A stretch of 11,107 bases of DNA from Planctomycetota bacterium (lineage in GTDB: Bacteria > Planctomycetota > MHYJ01 > WSZJ01): assembly GCA_038060895.1 (NCBI GenBank), contig JBBTCT010000009.1, positions 36,965-48,071 of the forward strand, given 5' to 3'. Positions 1 through 7,327 of the stretch are shown here, in pieces. Within the stretch, counting starts at the first letter, position 1, and each line of letters starts with the position of its first letter. The position numbers were made by a program, and so were the translations under genes. The notes beneath the pieces are model-generated. The model saw only the letters and a program-made list of their open reading frames with translations. It did not search any database and had not been told where the DNA came from.

Positions 1-53
1 CAGGCCTCAACGACTGGCACCGCACGGGTTATGGCGGACCTTGCCCGCCGATT
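1..53 (+). pseudogene. Fragment of a YbhB/YbcL-family (PEBP / Raf kinase inhibitor-like) gene, entering from the window edge and apparently truncated
   Basis: The frame from position 3 reads GLNDWHRTGYGGPCPPI, matching the family's G-x-N-D-W/F-x3-G-Y-x-G-P-C-P-P motif. The expected continuation (GxHRY...LYALD) is not present in any frame I could find. Confidence 0.65.
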
Positions 54-110
54 GCCACCCGGGCTTTCTGGCTTCACGACTTCAAATCGGTGAAAACTGC
101 CCGGCCGACG

Positions 111-767
111 TTATTGGGGGCGATGCTGGCGCCAGCCTCCCTCGCCGATGAGTTTGACGAAGACGCACTCTCCGGCGTTGGACTTCTCGAAACCGCCGGG
201 CGTGCGCGTCACGACGATCAGGTCCTGCCGCCCCGGGCCGCCGATGGGAATGACCATCCGGCCGCCCACCGCGAGTTGGGCAGAAAGCGCGGGAGGAATT
301 TCGGGCGACGATGCCGATACGGCGATGCGGTCGAAGGGCGCCTGCCCGGGCCAGCCCAGGGTGCCGTCGTCCACCTTGAAGCGGATATTCGTGTAGCCGA
401 GCGCGTCGAGCCGCGCGCGCGCGGTTTTCGCGAGCGGCGCGATGCGCTCCACCGTGAGGACTTCGCGGGCCAGTTCGGCGAGAAGTGCCGTCTGGTATCC
501 GGAGCCCGTCCCGATTTCGAGCACCCGGTCGCCGGGCTGCGCGTCCAGGCGCTCCAGCGTCAGCGCGACGATATACGGCTGCGAAATCGTCTGGTCGTGG
601 TCGAGGGGAAGCGGGTGGTCGATATGAGCGCGATCGACGTCTACTTCACGCACGAACAGGTGGCGAGGAACTTTCAGGAACGCGTCGAGAATCCGCTCGC
701 TCCGGATGCCGCGGGAGGCGATCTGCGTGGCGACCATTTCGCGCCGGAGGTCGGCGAAGTCGGGCAT
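111..767 (-). CDS. pcm: Protein-L-isoaspartate(D-aspartate) O-methyltransferase
   Basis: 218 aa with VPRHLFV, QTISQP, the SAM-binding motif VLEIGTGSGYQ, DGTLGW...APFDRI, QLAVGGRMVIPIG and C-terminal FVKLIG. Confidence 0.96.
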   Translation of the reverse strand: MPDFADLRREMVATQIASRGIRSERILDAFLKVPRHLFVREVDVDRAHIDHPLPLDHDQTISQPYIVALTLERLDAQPGDRVLEIGTGSGYQTALLAELAREVLTVERIAPLAKTARARLDALGYTNIRFKVDDGTLGWPGQAPFDRIAVSASSPEIPPALSAQLAVGGRMVIPIGGPGRQDLIVVTRTPGGFEKSNAGECVFVKLIGEGGWRQHRPQ

Positions 768-774
768 GTGATGG

Positions 775-1440
775 TTACGTCGTCCCCACGCGAGCGGCCC
801 CTGCCTTTTCGATCCGGTACACGCACCGCCGCGCGCCCTCCATCATGTGCTCGGTCCTCTCCACCCGAACTCCCTTCCCGAGCACGGTCCGGAACAGGTC
901 GAGCTCTCCCCCGCAGATTCGCTGGCAGGACTTCGCGGCGTCGCAGATCGGACAGTGATTCTCGATCAGGGTGAATGACTCGTCGGAGTCCCGCGTCATC
1001 TCGGCCATGTACCCTTCTTCCTTGCGCACCGCTACCAGCGCAGCAATCCGGCGCTCCAGCGGCGCACGCCGGCCAGGCAACCGGCGGCGGTAGACGAGGG
1101 CCTGCTGCTCGAGCCGTTTGCGGATCAGGCGCTCCAGCCCCGGCTCGCCAAACGCCGATCGAACCGCGTCCAGCAGGCCGACGATCAGCTCGGCGTGGGA
1201 ATCGGGAAAACGGGCGGAAGCGACCGTCGTGAGAAACCAGTGGCGGGCGGGGCGGCCCACAGGCGCGGGCCGGTCCTCCCACTGGACCATGCCTCCGCTC
1301 TCCAGCTCATAAAGGTGCTGCCGCACGGCCATCGGCGTCACGCCGAGCCGGCGAGCAACCCCCGCCGCCGTCTGAGGTCCCTTCGTCTTCAGGTAGAAAA
1401 GAATCTTGTCGCGCGCTGAAGCGCTGCTTTCGGGTTTCAC
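775..1440 (-). CDS. SufR-like (COG2345-type) winged-HTH transcriptional regulator with Cys-rich C-terminal sensor domain
   Basis: N-terminal wHTH (ILFYLK...TAAGVARRLGVTPMAVRQHLYELE...VGRPARHWFLT), then EEGYMAE, ENHCPICDAAKSCQRICGGE and distal RRCVY. GTG start. Confidence 0.88.
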   Translation of the reverse strand: MKPESSASARDKILFYLKTKGPQTAAGVARRLGVTPMAVRQHLYELESGGMVQWEDRPAPVGRPARHWFLTTVASARFPDSHAELIVGLLDAVRSAFGEPGLERLIRKRLEQQALVYRRRLPGRRAPLERRIAALVAVRKEEGYMAEMTRDSDESFTLIENHCPICDAAKSCQRICGGELDLFRTVLGKGVRVERTEHMMEGARRCVYRIEKAGAARVGTT

Positions 1441-1447
1441 GACTGCG

Positions 1448-1453
1448 ATTATA
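1448..1453 (-). promoter_or_regulatory. -10 box (TATAAT) for the regulator-pcm transcript, probably leaderless
   Basis: The reverse complement of 1448-1453 is TATAAT, 7 nt from the GTG start at 1440. There is no SD and no good -35. Confidence 0.6.
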
Positions 1454-1494
1454 GCGATTGCGCGTCGTAAGCGAGAGGGGATCGGGACATGCCC

Positions 1495-1528
1495 TTGCCA
1501 TGCGCGCTGCCGCCAGATTCAATGAATC
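1495..1528 (+). promoter_or_regulatory. Putative promoter TTGCCA-N17-TTCAAT with overlapping palindrome GATTCA-A-TGAATC
   Basis: TTGCCA at 1495-1500, TTCAAT at 1518-1523, perfect inverted repeat at 1516-1528, ATG at 1532. Confidence 0.45.
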
Positions 1529-1531
1529 AAG

Positions 1532-2554
1532 ATGCGTGCCGCCGCTCTCCTCATGCTCGCCGCGCTGTTCCCTTTCTCCCTCGCAGGTTGCTCCTGCGAC
1601 CTCGAGGAAGCCGGTGAACTCGCGACCCGCGCCCGTTCGGAACAGGACGCGGGCCGTTCGGCGGAAGCTCTTCGGGCCCTGGCGAGAGCCGGGGATTGCG
1701 TCCGGGGAGATGCCGTGGACGACCCGCGTGCGACCTACCTGCTCGCCGCCATTTACTTCAACTTCCACCTCCTGGGCGCGCCTTCGGCGTTCCCGGCGGG
1801 AGATCCTGAATTCCAGTGGGCGCTGGACGATCTCCAGGAGAGAAAGGAGCGCGACTTCCTCGCTCTGGCGTTCCGCGACATGCTGACGCTGGAAGAGAAG
1901 ACGTTCACGCTCGAGGACGTTCCGCCCTGGGCCACGGTCGATCGGCTCCTGATCTCGGCGGACGAATTGAGGACACGCGCAGAGGCGCTTCTTGCAGGCC
2001 TCGCATCCGACACGTTTGAGGACGTTCCGTCCGAGTTCGCCTCCGCGCAGATGCGCCTGGCGGTGCTGGACATGTCGCGCGGTTTCTGTGTTCAGGCGTG
2101 GCGGCGCGCGCTGGATGCGGGCCAGTCGGTCGAGCCGGCGCGCACGCGGCTGACGGGGATCTATCGGTCGTCGGCGGAAGCCTGGGACCGGGTCGCGAAG
2201 GCGGCCGCGAGGGATGCGGCGCGCAAGGCGGCGCAGGAAGAGAGCGACCGGTTTCGCGGGCTGGCGGAGAGGTCGGCGATCGTCATCACGCCGGAGGACC
2301 TGAATCACCCCGTCGAGCGGGAGATGCTCAAGCTTCTTGCGAAGGAGCATCTGCAGCACGGTCGCGGCTCCGCGAACCAGGGATTCGACGAAAAGCTGGC
2401 CGGCAACCGTGCCCGCGCCGCCGCGACTCTTCGGCGATCCCTCGCTCACTTCGTGCTCGCGCTCTCCATCGGCGTCCCGGACGAGGGGGACCGCCGCGGC
2501 GCCCTCGGTTACCTTCATGACCTGATGCTCGCCCTGCGGGAACTCGAACGATGA
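1532..2554 (+). CDS. Hypothetical lipoprotein, predicted mostly alpha-helical
   Basis: 340 aa. Signal peptide MRAAALLMLAALFPFS with lipobox LAGC (Cys20). Ala/Leu/Arg/Glu-rich helical body. ATGA overlap with the next ORF. Confidence 0.8.
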   Translation: MRAAALLMLAALFPFSLAGCSCDLEEAGELATRARSEQDAGRSAEALRALARAGDCVRGDAVDDPRATYLLAAIYFNFHLLGAPSAFPAGDPEFQWALDDLQERKERDFLALAFRDMLTLEEKTFTLEDVPPWATVDRLLISADELRTRAEALLAGLASDTFEDVPSEFASAQMRLAVLDMSRGFCVQAWRRALDAGQSVEPARTRLTGIYRSSAEAWDRVAKAAARDAARKAAQEESDRFRGLAERSAIVITPEDLNHPVEREMLKLLAKEHLQHGRGSANQGFDEKLAGNRARAAATLRRSLAHFVLALSIGVPDEGDRRGALGYLHDLMLALRELER

Positions 2555-3411
2555 CGGATGAGGACGGAACACTGCCCGCCCCGGCTGTTCTGCGCCGCGC
2601 GATTCTCCTGGCGCTCGCCCTCGGCGCATGCGCCGCCGTTTTCGGCTTCGTCCACCTGGCACGCCGACTGGCCGACGCCCGCGCGAGCGGGGCCAGATTG
2701 GCCGGACGGCTCGAGCTGGCCGAGCGGGGGCAGGCCGCGACGGAAGCAATTCGCGGCGACCTCGAGTCGGCCCTCGTCACCTGGCAGGACGACGAGGCCG
2801 GACACGCCTGGCTTTCGCACTGCGCATTTCCCGTCGATGCGACGCCGGCCGGCGGAGCGGCCCTTCCCGCAAACGGCCGCTCAACCCTCCTTCTTCTCGC
2901 CCGGCCTCAACGGTTCGCGGATCCTTCCGGAACCGCGCAGGGCATGATCATGACCGTCCGACTCGTCGCCTGGTACCCGGCCGAGTCGCCGGACGCTCCC
3001 GCCTTGCTCTCCTGGGAGTCCGAGCCGCTGGCGTCGGCCGACTGGCTCGCCACGCTTCTGGAAGAAGACCGGAGAACCGCGGTCGAGACCCTGGTCGAAG
3101 GGGGCGTCCGACTGGCCTGGTCGTCCGCAGCGGCGAGCCCGCGAACTCTCGACACGATCTCCGGCGACGTCGCGGTCGATGAAGCGCTGCGGGTAACGAT
3201 CCGCGGAACCGTACGGCGCTGGTGCGGAGACGCGCCCGGAGCGCCGGTCCTCGCTCGCGGCCTGGGACACCCGGCCTTTTATGTCGAGTTCTCGGGCCCG
3301 CCCGGGTCGAGGCGAGGCGAGATCCACCTCACCATGGAGCTGCTCCTTCCCGGCCAGGAAGGAATTCTGCGCCGGGAGTCCGTCGCCGTCGCCTCCGGCT
3401 TGAAGGGCTAA
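2551..3411 (+). CDS. Hypothetical N-terminally anchored/exported protein, loosely pseudopilin (PulJ/PilW)-like
   Basis: 286 aa, translationally coupled through ATGA at 2551-2554. Hydrophobic N-terminal segment RRAILLALALGACAAVFGFVHL, helix AATEAIRGDLESA, beta-rich C-terminus. Confidence 0.7.
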   Translation: MTDEDGTLPAPAVLRRAILLALALGACAAVFGFVHLARRLADARASGARLAGRLELAERGQAATEAIRGDLESALVTWQDDEAGHAWLSHCAFPVDATPAGGAALPANGRSTLLLLARPQRFADPSGTAQGMIMTVRLVAWYPAESPDAPALLSWESEPLASADWLATLLEEDRRTAVETLVEGGVRLAWSSAAASPRTLDTISGDVAVDEALRVTIRGTVRRWCGDAPGAPVLARGLGHPAFYVEFSGPPGSRRGEIHLTMELLLPGQEGILRRESVAVASGLKG

Positions 3412-4778
3412 TCGCCCTTCAGGTTCATCAGCAACTCCGCGTTCGTCCGGTACTTCTTCATCTTCTGCTGCAGCAACTCGATCACGTCCCCCGGGTCCCG
3501 GATGTCTGCCACGAATTTCCGAAGCCACAGAACCCGCTTGAATTCGTCCGGGTCCATGATCAGCTCGTCCTTCCTCGTCCCGCTCTTGTTCAGATCGAGT
3601 GCGGGGAAAATGCGGCGGTTGCCGGCGCCGCGGTCGAGGTAGAGCTCCATGTTCCCCGTGCCCTTGAACTCCTCGAAAATCACCTCGTCCATCTTGCTCC
3701 CCGTGTCCACAAGGCACGTCGCCAGGATCGTCAGGCTCCCGCCGTTCTCGATCTGCCGCGCGCTGCCGAAAAACATCTTCGGCTTCATGAGCGCATCGAC
3801 GTCCATCCCGCCGCTCATGATCTTGCCGCTCAGCCCCGCGAGGTTGTTGAACGCCCGGCCCATCCGCGTGATCGAATCCACCAGCAACACCACATCCTTG
3901 CCGTATTCGACCAGCCGCCTTGCCTTCTCCAGCACCATGTCCGTCACCTGCGCGTGCCGCTGCGGCGCTTCGTCAAACGTCGAGGCCACGACTTCGCCCC
4001 TGATGAAGCGCTTCATGTTGGTGACTTCCTCGGGCCGCTCGTCGATCAGCAGCACCATCACCATGACCTCCGGGTGATTGACCTCGATCGCGTGCGCGAT
4101 GTTCGCCAGCAGGATCGTCTTCCCGACCCGCGGAGGCGCGACGATCAGGCCGCGCTGCCCCTTGCCGATCGGCGAGAAGAGATTGACGATGCGCGAAGAA
4201 ATTTCGTCCGGGTCGTGCTCGAGGAACAGGCGCTTGTGCGGGTGAAGGGGAGTGAGGTCCTCGAACGCTTTCCTCTTCAGCGCCTTCTCGGGCATTTCGA
4301 AATTGACGGAGTCGATCTTTAGAAGCGCGAAGTACTTTTCTCCCTCTCGCGGCGGACGGATCTGGCCGACGATCGTGTCGCCCTGCTTGATCCCCATGCG
4401 CCGGATGATCCCGGGCGGGATGTAGACGTCGTCCGGGGACGGCGTGTACGAGTACGCCGCGCTTCGCACGAACCCGTATCCGTCCGGCATCGCGTCCAGC
4501 ACGCCCTGGCAGATCGTCAAGCCGTTGAGTCGCGTGTGCTCCTTCACGATCCGGTAAATGGTGTCCTGCCGCGTCGCCCCCAGCGTGTCCGAGGCCCCCA
4601 GCGACCTCGCGAGCTTCACCAGGTCCGCCTGCCGGTACGCCTGGATCTTGTGCAGAAAGAGGTCCGGCGGCGGCGGAGGCGGAAGAGCCGCCGGCTCGGC
4701 GGCGGCGGGTGGTCCGTCCGGTACGCGGTCGGGCACGGGTTTCGGTGAATCCTGCGGGTTGGCCAGCGGCTCGGGCAT
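3408..4778 (-). CDS. rho: Transcription termination factor Rho
   Basis: [38 protein letters not shown] (P-loop), [46 protein letters not shown] 4778 is preferred over TTG 4805 because it follows AGGAAAGGA. Confidence 0.98.
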   Translation of the reverse strand: MPEPLANPQDSPKPVPDRVPDGPPAAAEPAALPPPPPPDLFLHKIQAYRQADLVKLARSLGASDTLGATRQDTIYRIVKEHTRLNGLTICQGVLDAMPDGYGFVRSAAYSYTPSPDDVYIPPGIIRRMGIKQGDTIVGQIRPPREGEKYFALLKIDSVNFEMPEKALKRKAFEDLTPLHPHKRLFLEHDPDEISSRIVNLFSPIGKGQRGLIVAPPRVGKTILLANIAHAIEVNHPEVMVMVLLIDERPEEVTNMKRFIRGEVVASTFDEAPQRHAQVTDMVLEKARRLVEYGKDVVLLVDSITRMGRAFNNLAGLSGKIMSGGMDVDALMKPKMFFGSARQIENGGSLTILATCLVDTGSKMDEVIFEEFKGTGNMELYLDRGAGNRRIFPALDLNKSGTRKDELIMDPDEFKRVLWLRKFVADIRDPGDVIELLQQKMKKYRTNAELLMNLKGD

Positions 4779-4881
4779 GACGTCCTTTCCTGTGGAGTGT
4801 CTCAAGGTGTCGGTCGAGTTGTCACACGCGACCGTGGCTCAAATGCCCCCGGGCGCGGGCGGAGCTTTCTTCCGGCGCGCT

Positions 4882-5478
4882 TCAGCGCGCCGACTGCCTC
4901 ATCACGGCTTCAACTTGTTTTTCCAGGTTCTCAACCGGCCCGCTGTTCTCGATCACGGCGTCCGATTCGGCTCGCTTCCGTTCCGGAGACCACTGCAGTC
5001 TTTCTCGCCGATCCAGCTCCCCATCCGCCCATCCCCTCTGCCGAGCCCGCTCCCGTCTTGCCGCTTCGGGCGCTTCTACGAAGACGACCTTGTGGACCGT
5101 TCCTTTCATTCCCGCTTCAAGCAGAAGCGGCGCATCGATCACGACGACGCCCCTGTAGCCCGCGTCCTGCCAGTTTCCAACGATGCTCGCGATTTCCCGG
5201 GACACGAGCGGGTGCATGATTGAGTTCAGTTTCCTGGCGCCCTCTGCGGTGGCAAACGCTTCGCGGGCCAGTTTCGCGTGGTCGATCCGTCCGCTTGTCT
5301 CGACGTCTCCAAAGGCGGCCACCAGGTCGCGGCAGGCTTCGGGGAGGTCGAGAAGGGACTTGGCGAGGGAATCGGCATCGATGACGCGCGCGCCGTGGCG
5401 CTGGAACGCGTTGGCGACGGTGGACTTGCCGCTGGCGATGCCTCCTACCAGGCCGATGAGGTACGGGCGATCGGTCAA
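4882..5478 (-). CDS. coaE: Dephospho-CoA kinase
   Basis: IGLVGGIASGKSTV P-loop, VIDAD, LNSIMHPLV, VVIDAPLLLE, VIEN. TTG start. Confidence 0.95.
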   Translation of the reverse strand: MTDRPYLIGLVGGIASGKSTVANAFQRHGARVIDADSLAKSLLDLPEACRDLVAAFGDVETSGRIDHAKLAREAFATAEGARKLNSIMHPLVSREIASIVGNWQDAGYRGVVVIDAPLLLEAGMKGTVHKVVFVEAPEAARRERARQRGWADGELDRRERLQWSPERKRAESDAVIENSGPVENLEKQVEAVMRQSAR

Positions 5479-5537
5479 GGGGCGCTGAGTGTGGAGAGAA
5501 GTGGGGAAGTGCGGGAGAGAGGAGGAATTGAGGTGGC

Positions 5538-5567
5538 AGTGTAGTGCGGATCAGGCGTGGGAGTCAA
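5538..5567 (-). promoter_or_regulatory. Sigma70-type promoter for coaE-rho (TTGACT-N18-TACACT)
   Basis: The reverse complement of 5562-5567 is TTGACT and of 5538-5543 is TACACT, about 60 nt upstream of the coaE start. Confidence 0.6.
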
Positions 5568-5621
5568 GTTGGAAGGGTTCGAGCGGCGAGCGGCCCAGGT
5601 CGGCTCGCAGCGTCATTTGAC

Positions 5622-5650
5622 TTGATCCTCGATCCGTCGCTGGCTATCCT
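5622..5650 (+). promoter_or_regulatory. Putative promoter TTGATC-N17-TATCCT
   Basis: TTGATC at 5622-5627 and TATCCT at 5645-5650, upstream of GGAGG and the ATG at 5703. Confidence 0.5.
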
Positions 5651-5702
5651 CTTCCCTCAAGAACGACCGGGGGGTCGTCTTTCTTCGTCACGGAGGGTAT
5701 CG

Positions 5703-5903
5703 ATGCGCTCCAGGCCCATCGCCATCGCCCTCTTCGTCGTCGCTTCCCTCGCCAGCGCCGAGCCACCCAGGTCAGCCCGACCCGAAACGGGCGGCGTCGT
5801 ATGCGACTCGTTCACGGCGTCGTTGGTGAACAAGCGCTGGAATTCAACGGAGGAAGTGGGGAAGGCAGAGGATTGGAACCGGCCGTTTCAGCAGAAGAAG
5901 TAG
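5703..5903 (+). CDS. Small secreted protein (66 aa) or 5' remnant of a decayed gene
   Basis: SD GGAGG at 5692-5696, ATG at 5703, classical signal peptide MRSRPIAIALFVVASLASA-EPP. The remainder is short and possibly frameshifted. Confidence 0.5.
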   Translation: MRSRPIAIALFVVASLASAEPPRSARPETGGVVCDSFTASLVNKRWNSTEEVGKAEDWNRPFQQKK

Positions 5904-6059
5904 CCGGAATAGATCGCGGTGTTCAACGCGCTGATGGCGGCGCGGCCGGACGACAGAGAAGCACAGCAGGTGAAAGTGACGCTCAAGAAGCCGGGGGTGA
6001 AGCTTGAGGAGCCCGCGAAAAAGTAGGGTGGAACGCGTTCAAGGCCAAGGCGTTAGGTT

Positions 6060-6109
6060 TTGACACGGCGGTTCCGAACCCTATAATCGCGACCCTCAAC
6101 ATTGGAGGT
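6060..6109 (+). promoter_or_regulatory. Consensus sigma70 promoter TTGACA-N16-TATAAT plus SD GGAGGT
   Basis: TTGACA at 6060-6065, TATAAT at 6082-6087, GGAGGT at 6104-6109, ATG at 6116. Confidence 0.85.
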
Positions 6110-6115
6110 TGCCGC

Positions 6116-7315
6116 ATGTCCAGAGCAAGTCGGGGCATCAGCATCATTTGGGTGATCCTCACCGTGGCGCTCGCGCTCGGTGCGTCGGTCACGGCGTTCC
6201 TCCAGTACCTGGAGGTCCAGACCCACAAGGAATGGAAAAAGCGGGCGGAGACCGAAGCCGCGGCGTTCGAGAAAGAGCGCCGCGAAGTCGGGTTCCGCGA
6301 CATCCAGGAGGTCTGCCTCCTGTTCGGCTTCAAGTTCGAACAGGAGTCGGACATCGAGAAGACCCTGGGCGCGATGAAGGATCGCCACGAGGCGAAGAAG
6401 ACGCAGTACGCCCTCCCCGGCAAGGCGATGGCGATGTGGGAAATCATCCACGCCGCGGAGATCAACTACGAGATCGCCGCGCATCGCAGCGTCACTGCCA
6501 AGCAGTTCAAGTCCGAATCGGAATCGGCGATGAAGTCGAGCCAGGAAGTCCTGAGCAACTACGCGCGCCTGAAGGACGAGGAAATCAACGAGCTCCAGGC
6601 GAACCTGACGAAGGTAACGGACGTGCAGACGGAAGACGTCCGCCGCTACGAGCTTCGCAAGAGCACGCTCGAGGCCGAAGTGACCAAGCTCACCCAGGCG
6701 AAAACGGACCTCACGAAGGCCCAGAACGCCGAGACGCTCGACCTGAACAATAAGGTCAACTCGGTGGATACGGCGCTACGCGAGCTGGTGAAGCAGGAGG
6801 CGATCTTTCACGACCTGACCGAAATGCAGGGGCGGATCGTGGACCCGCACCAGGACGAGAAGTACGCCTTCATCAACCTCGGCGCGCGCGACCGTCTGGT
6901 GCGCGGGCTGAAGCTGGTCGTCTTCGTCCGCGAGCCCGGCGGCAACGTCCGGTGGAAGGGCGAAGTCGAGGTGAAGGACATCTTTGCCGAGTCGGCGAAA
7001 GTTTCGATCACGGAGACCGTGGATCGCTTCGATCCGATCATCGAGGGCGATGTGGTCTTCAATCCGCTCTTCAGCCCGAGCCGCCCGCGCAAGGTTGCCT
7101 TCGTCGGCGAATTCGCGAAGACGAAGTACAGCAAGGAACAGGCGGCGAACCGGATCCGCAACATCGGCTCGATCGTGCAGGACGCCGTGACGGACGAGAC
7201 CGATTTCGTCATCGTCGGCGAGTCGTACCAGTCCGACCCGAACTTCGAGAAGGCGCAGCTCCTTTCCGCGCCGTGGCGCCCGCACTTTGAAATCTTCCGG
7301 TTCCTGGGTGACTAA
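6116..7315 (+). CDS. Membrane-anchored coiled-coil protein with beta-barrel and C-terminal BRCT domain (paralogue A)
   Basis: 399 aa. TM ISIIWVILTVALALGASVTAFLQY; K/E-rich coiled coil; barrel GRIV...AFINLGARDRLVRG...KGEVEV...PIIEGDVV (about 6824-7075); BRCT-like VAFVGEF...IRNIGSIVQDAVTDETDFVIVGE...FEKAQLL (7088-7315). Confidence 0.9.
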   Translation: MSRASRGISIIWVILTVALALGASVTAFLQYLEVQTHKEWKKRAETEAAAFEKERREVGFRDIQEVCLLFGFKFEQESDIEKTLGAMKDRHEAKKTQYALPGKAMAMWEIIHAAEINYEIAAHRSVTAKQFKSESESAMKSSQEVLSNYARLKDEEINELQANLTKVTDVQTEDVRRYELRKSTLEAEVTKLTQAKTDLTKAQNAETLDLNNKVNSVDTALRELVKQEAIFHDLTEMQGRIVDPHQDEKYAFINLGARDRLVRGLKLVVFVREPGGNVRWKGEVEVKDIFAESAKVSITETVDRFDPIIEGDVVFNPLFSPSRPRKVAFVGEFAKTKYSKEQAANRIRNIGSIVQDAVTDETDFVIVGESYQSDPNFEKAQLLSAPWRPHFEIFRFLGD

Positions 7316-7327
7316 GGAGACATAGCG

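Noticed and set aside
90-974. 294-aa plus-strand ORF
   Set aside because: Antisense shadow of pcm and the regulator. It is only the run-on frame of the broken YbhB/YbcL fragment.
1307-2749. 480-aa minus-strand ORF, and similar long ORFs at 2881..3717, 3222..4322 and 6776..7882
   Set aside because: Arg/Pro/Gly-rich antisense frames of better-supported genes, as expected at high GC.
4779-4805. TTG-start extension of rho
   Set aside because: ATG 4778 has an SD-like AGGAAAGGA just upstream, which lies inside this extension.
5544-5702. N-terminal extension of the small ORF (119-aa call)
   Set aside because: It overlaps two promoters, and the SD and signal peptide point to ATG 5703.
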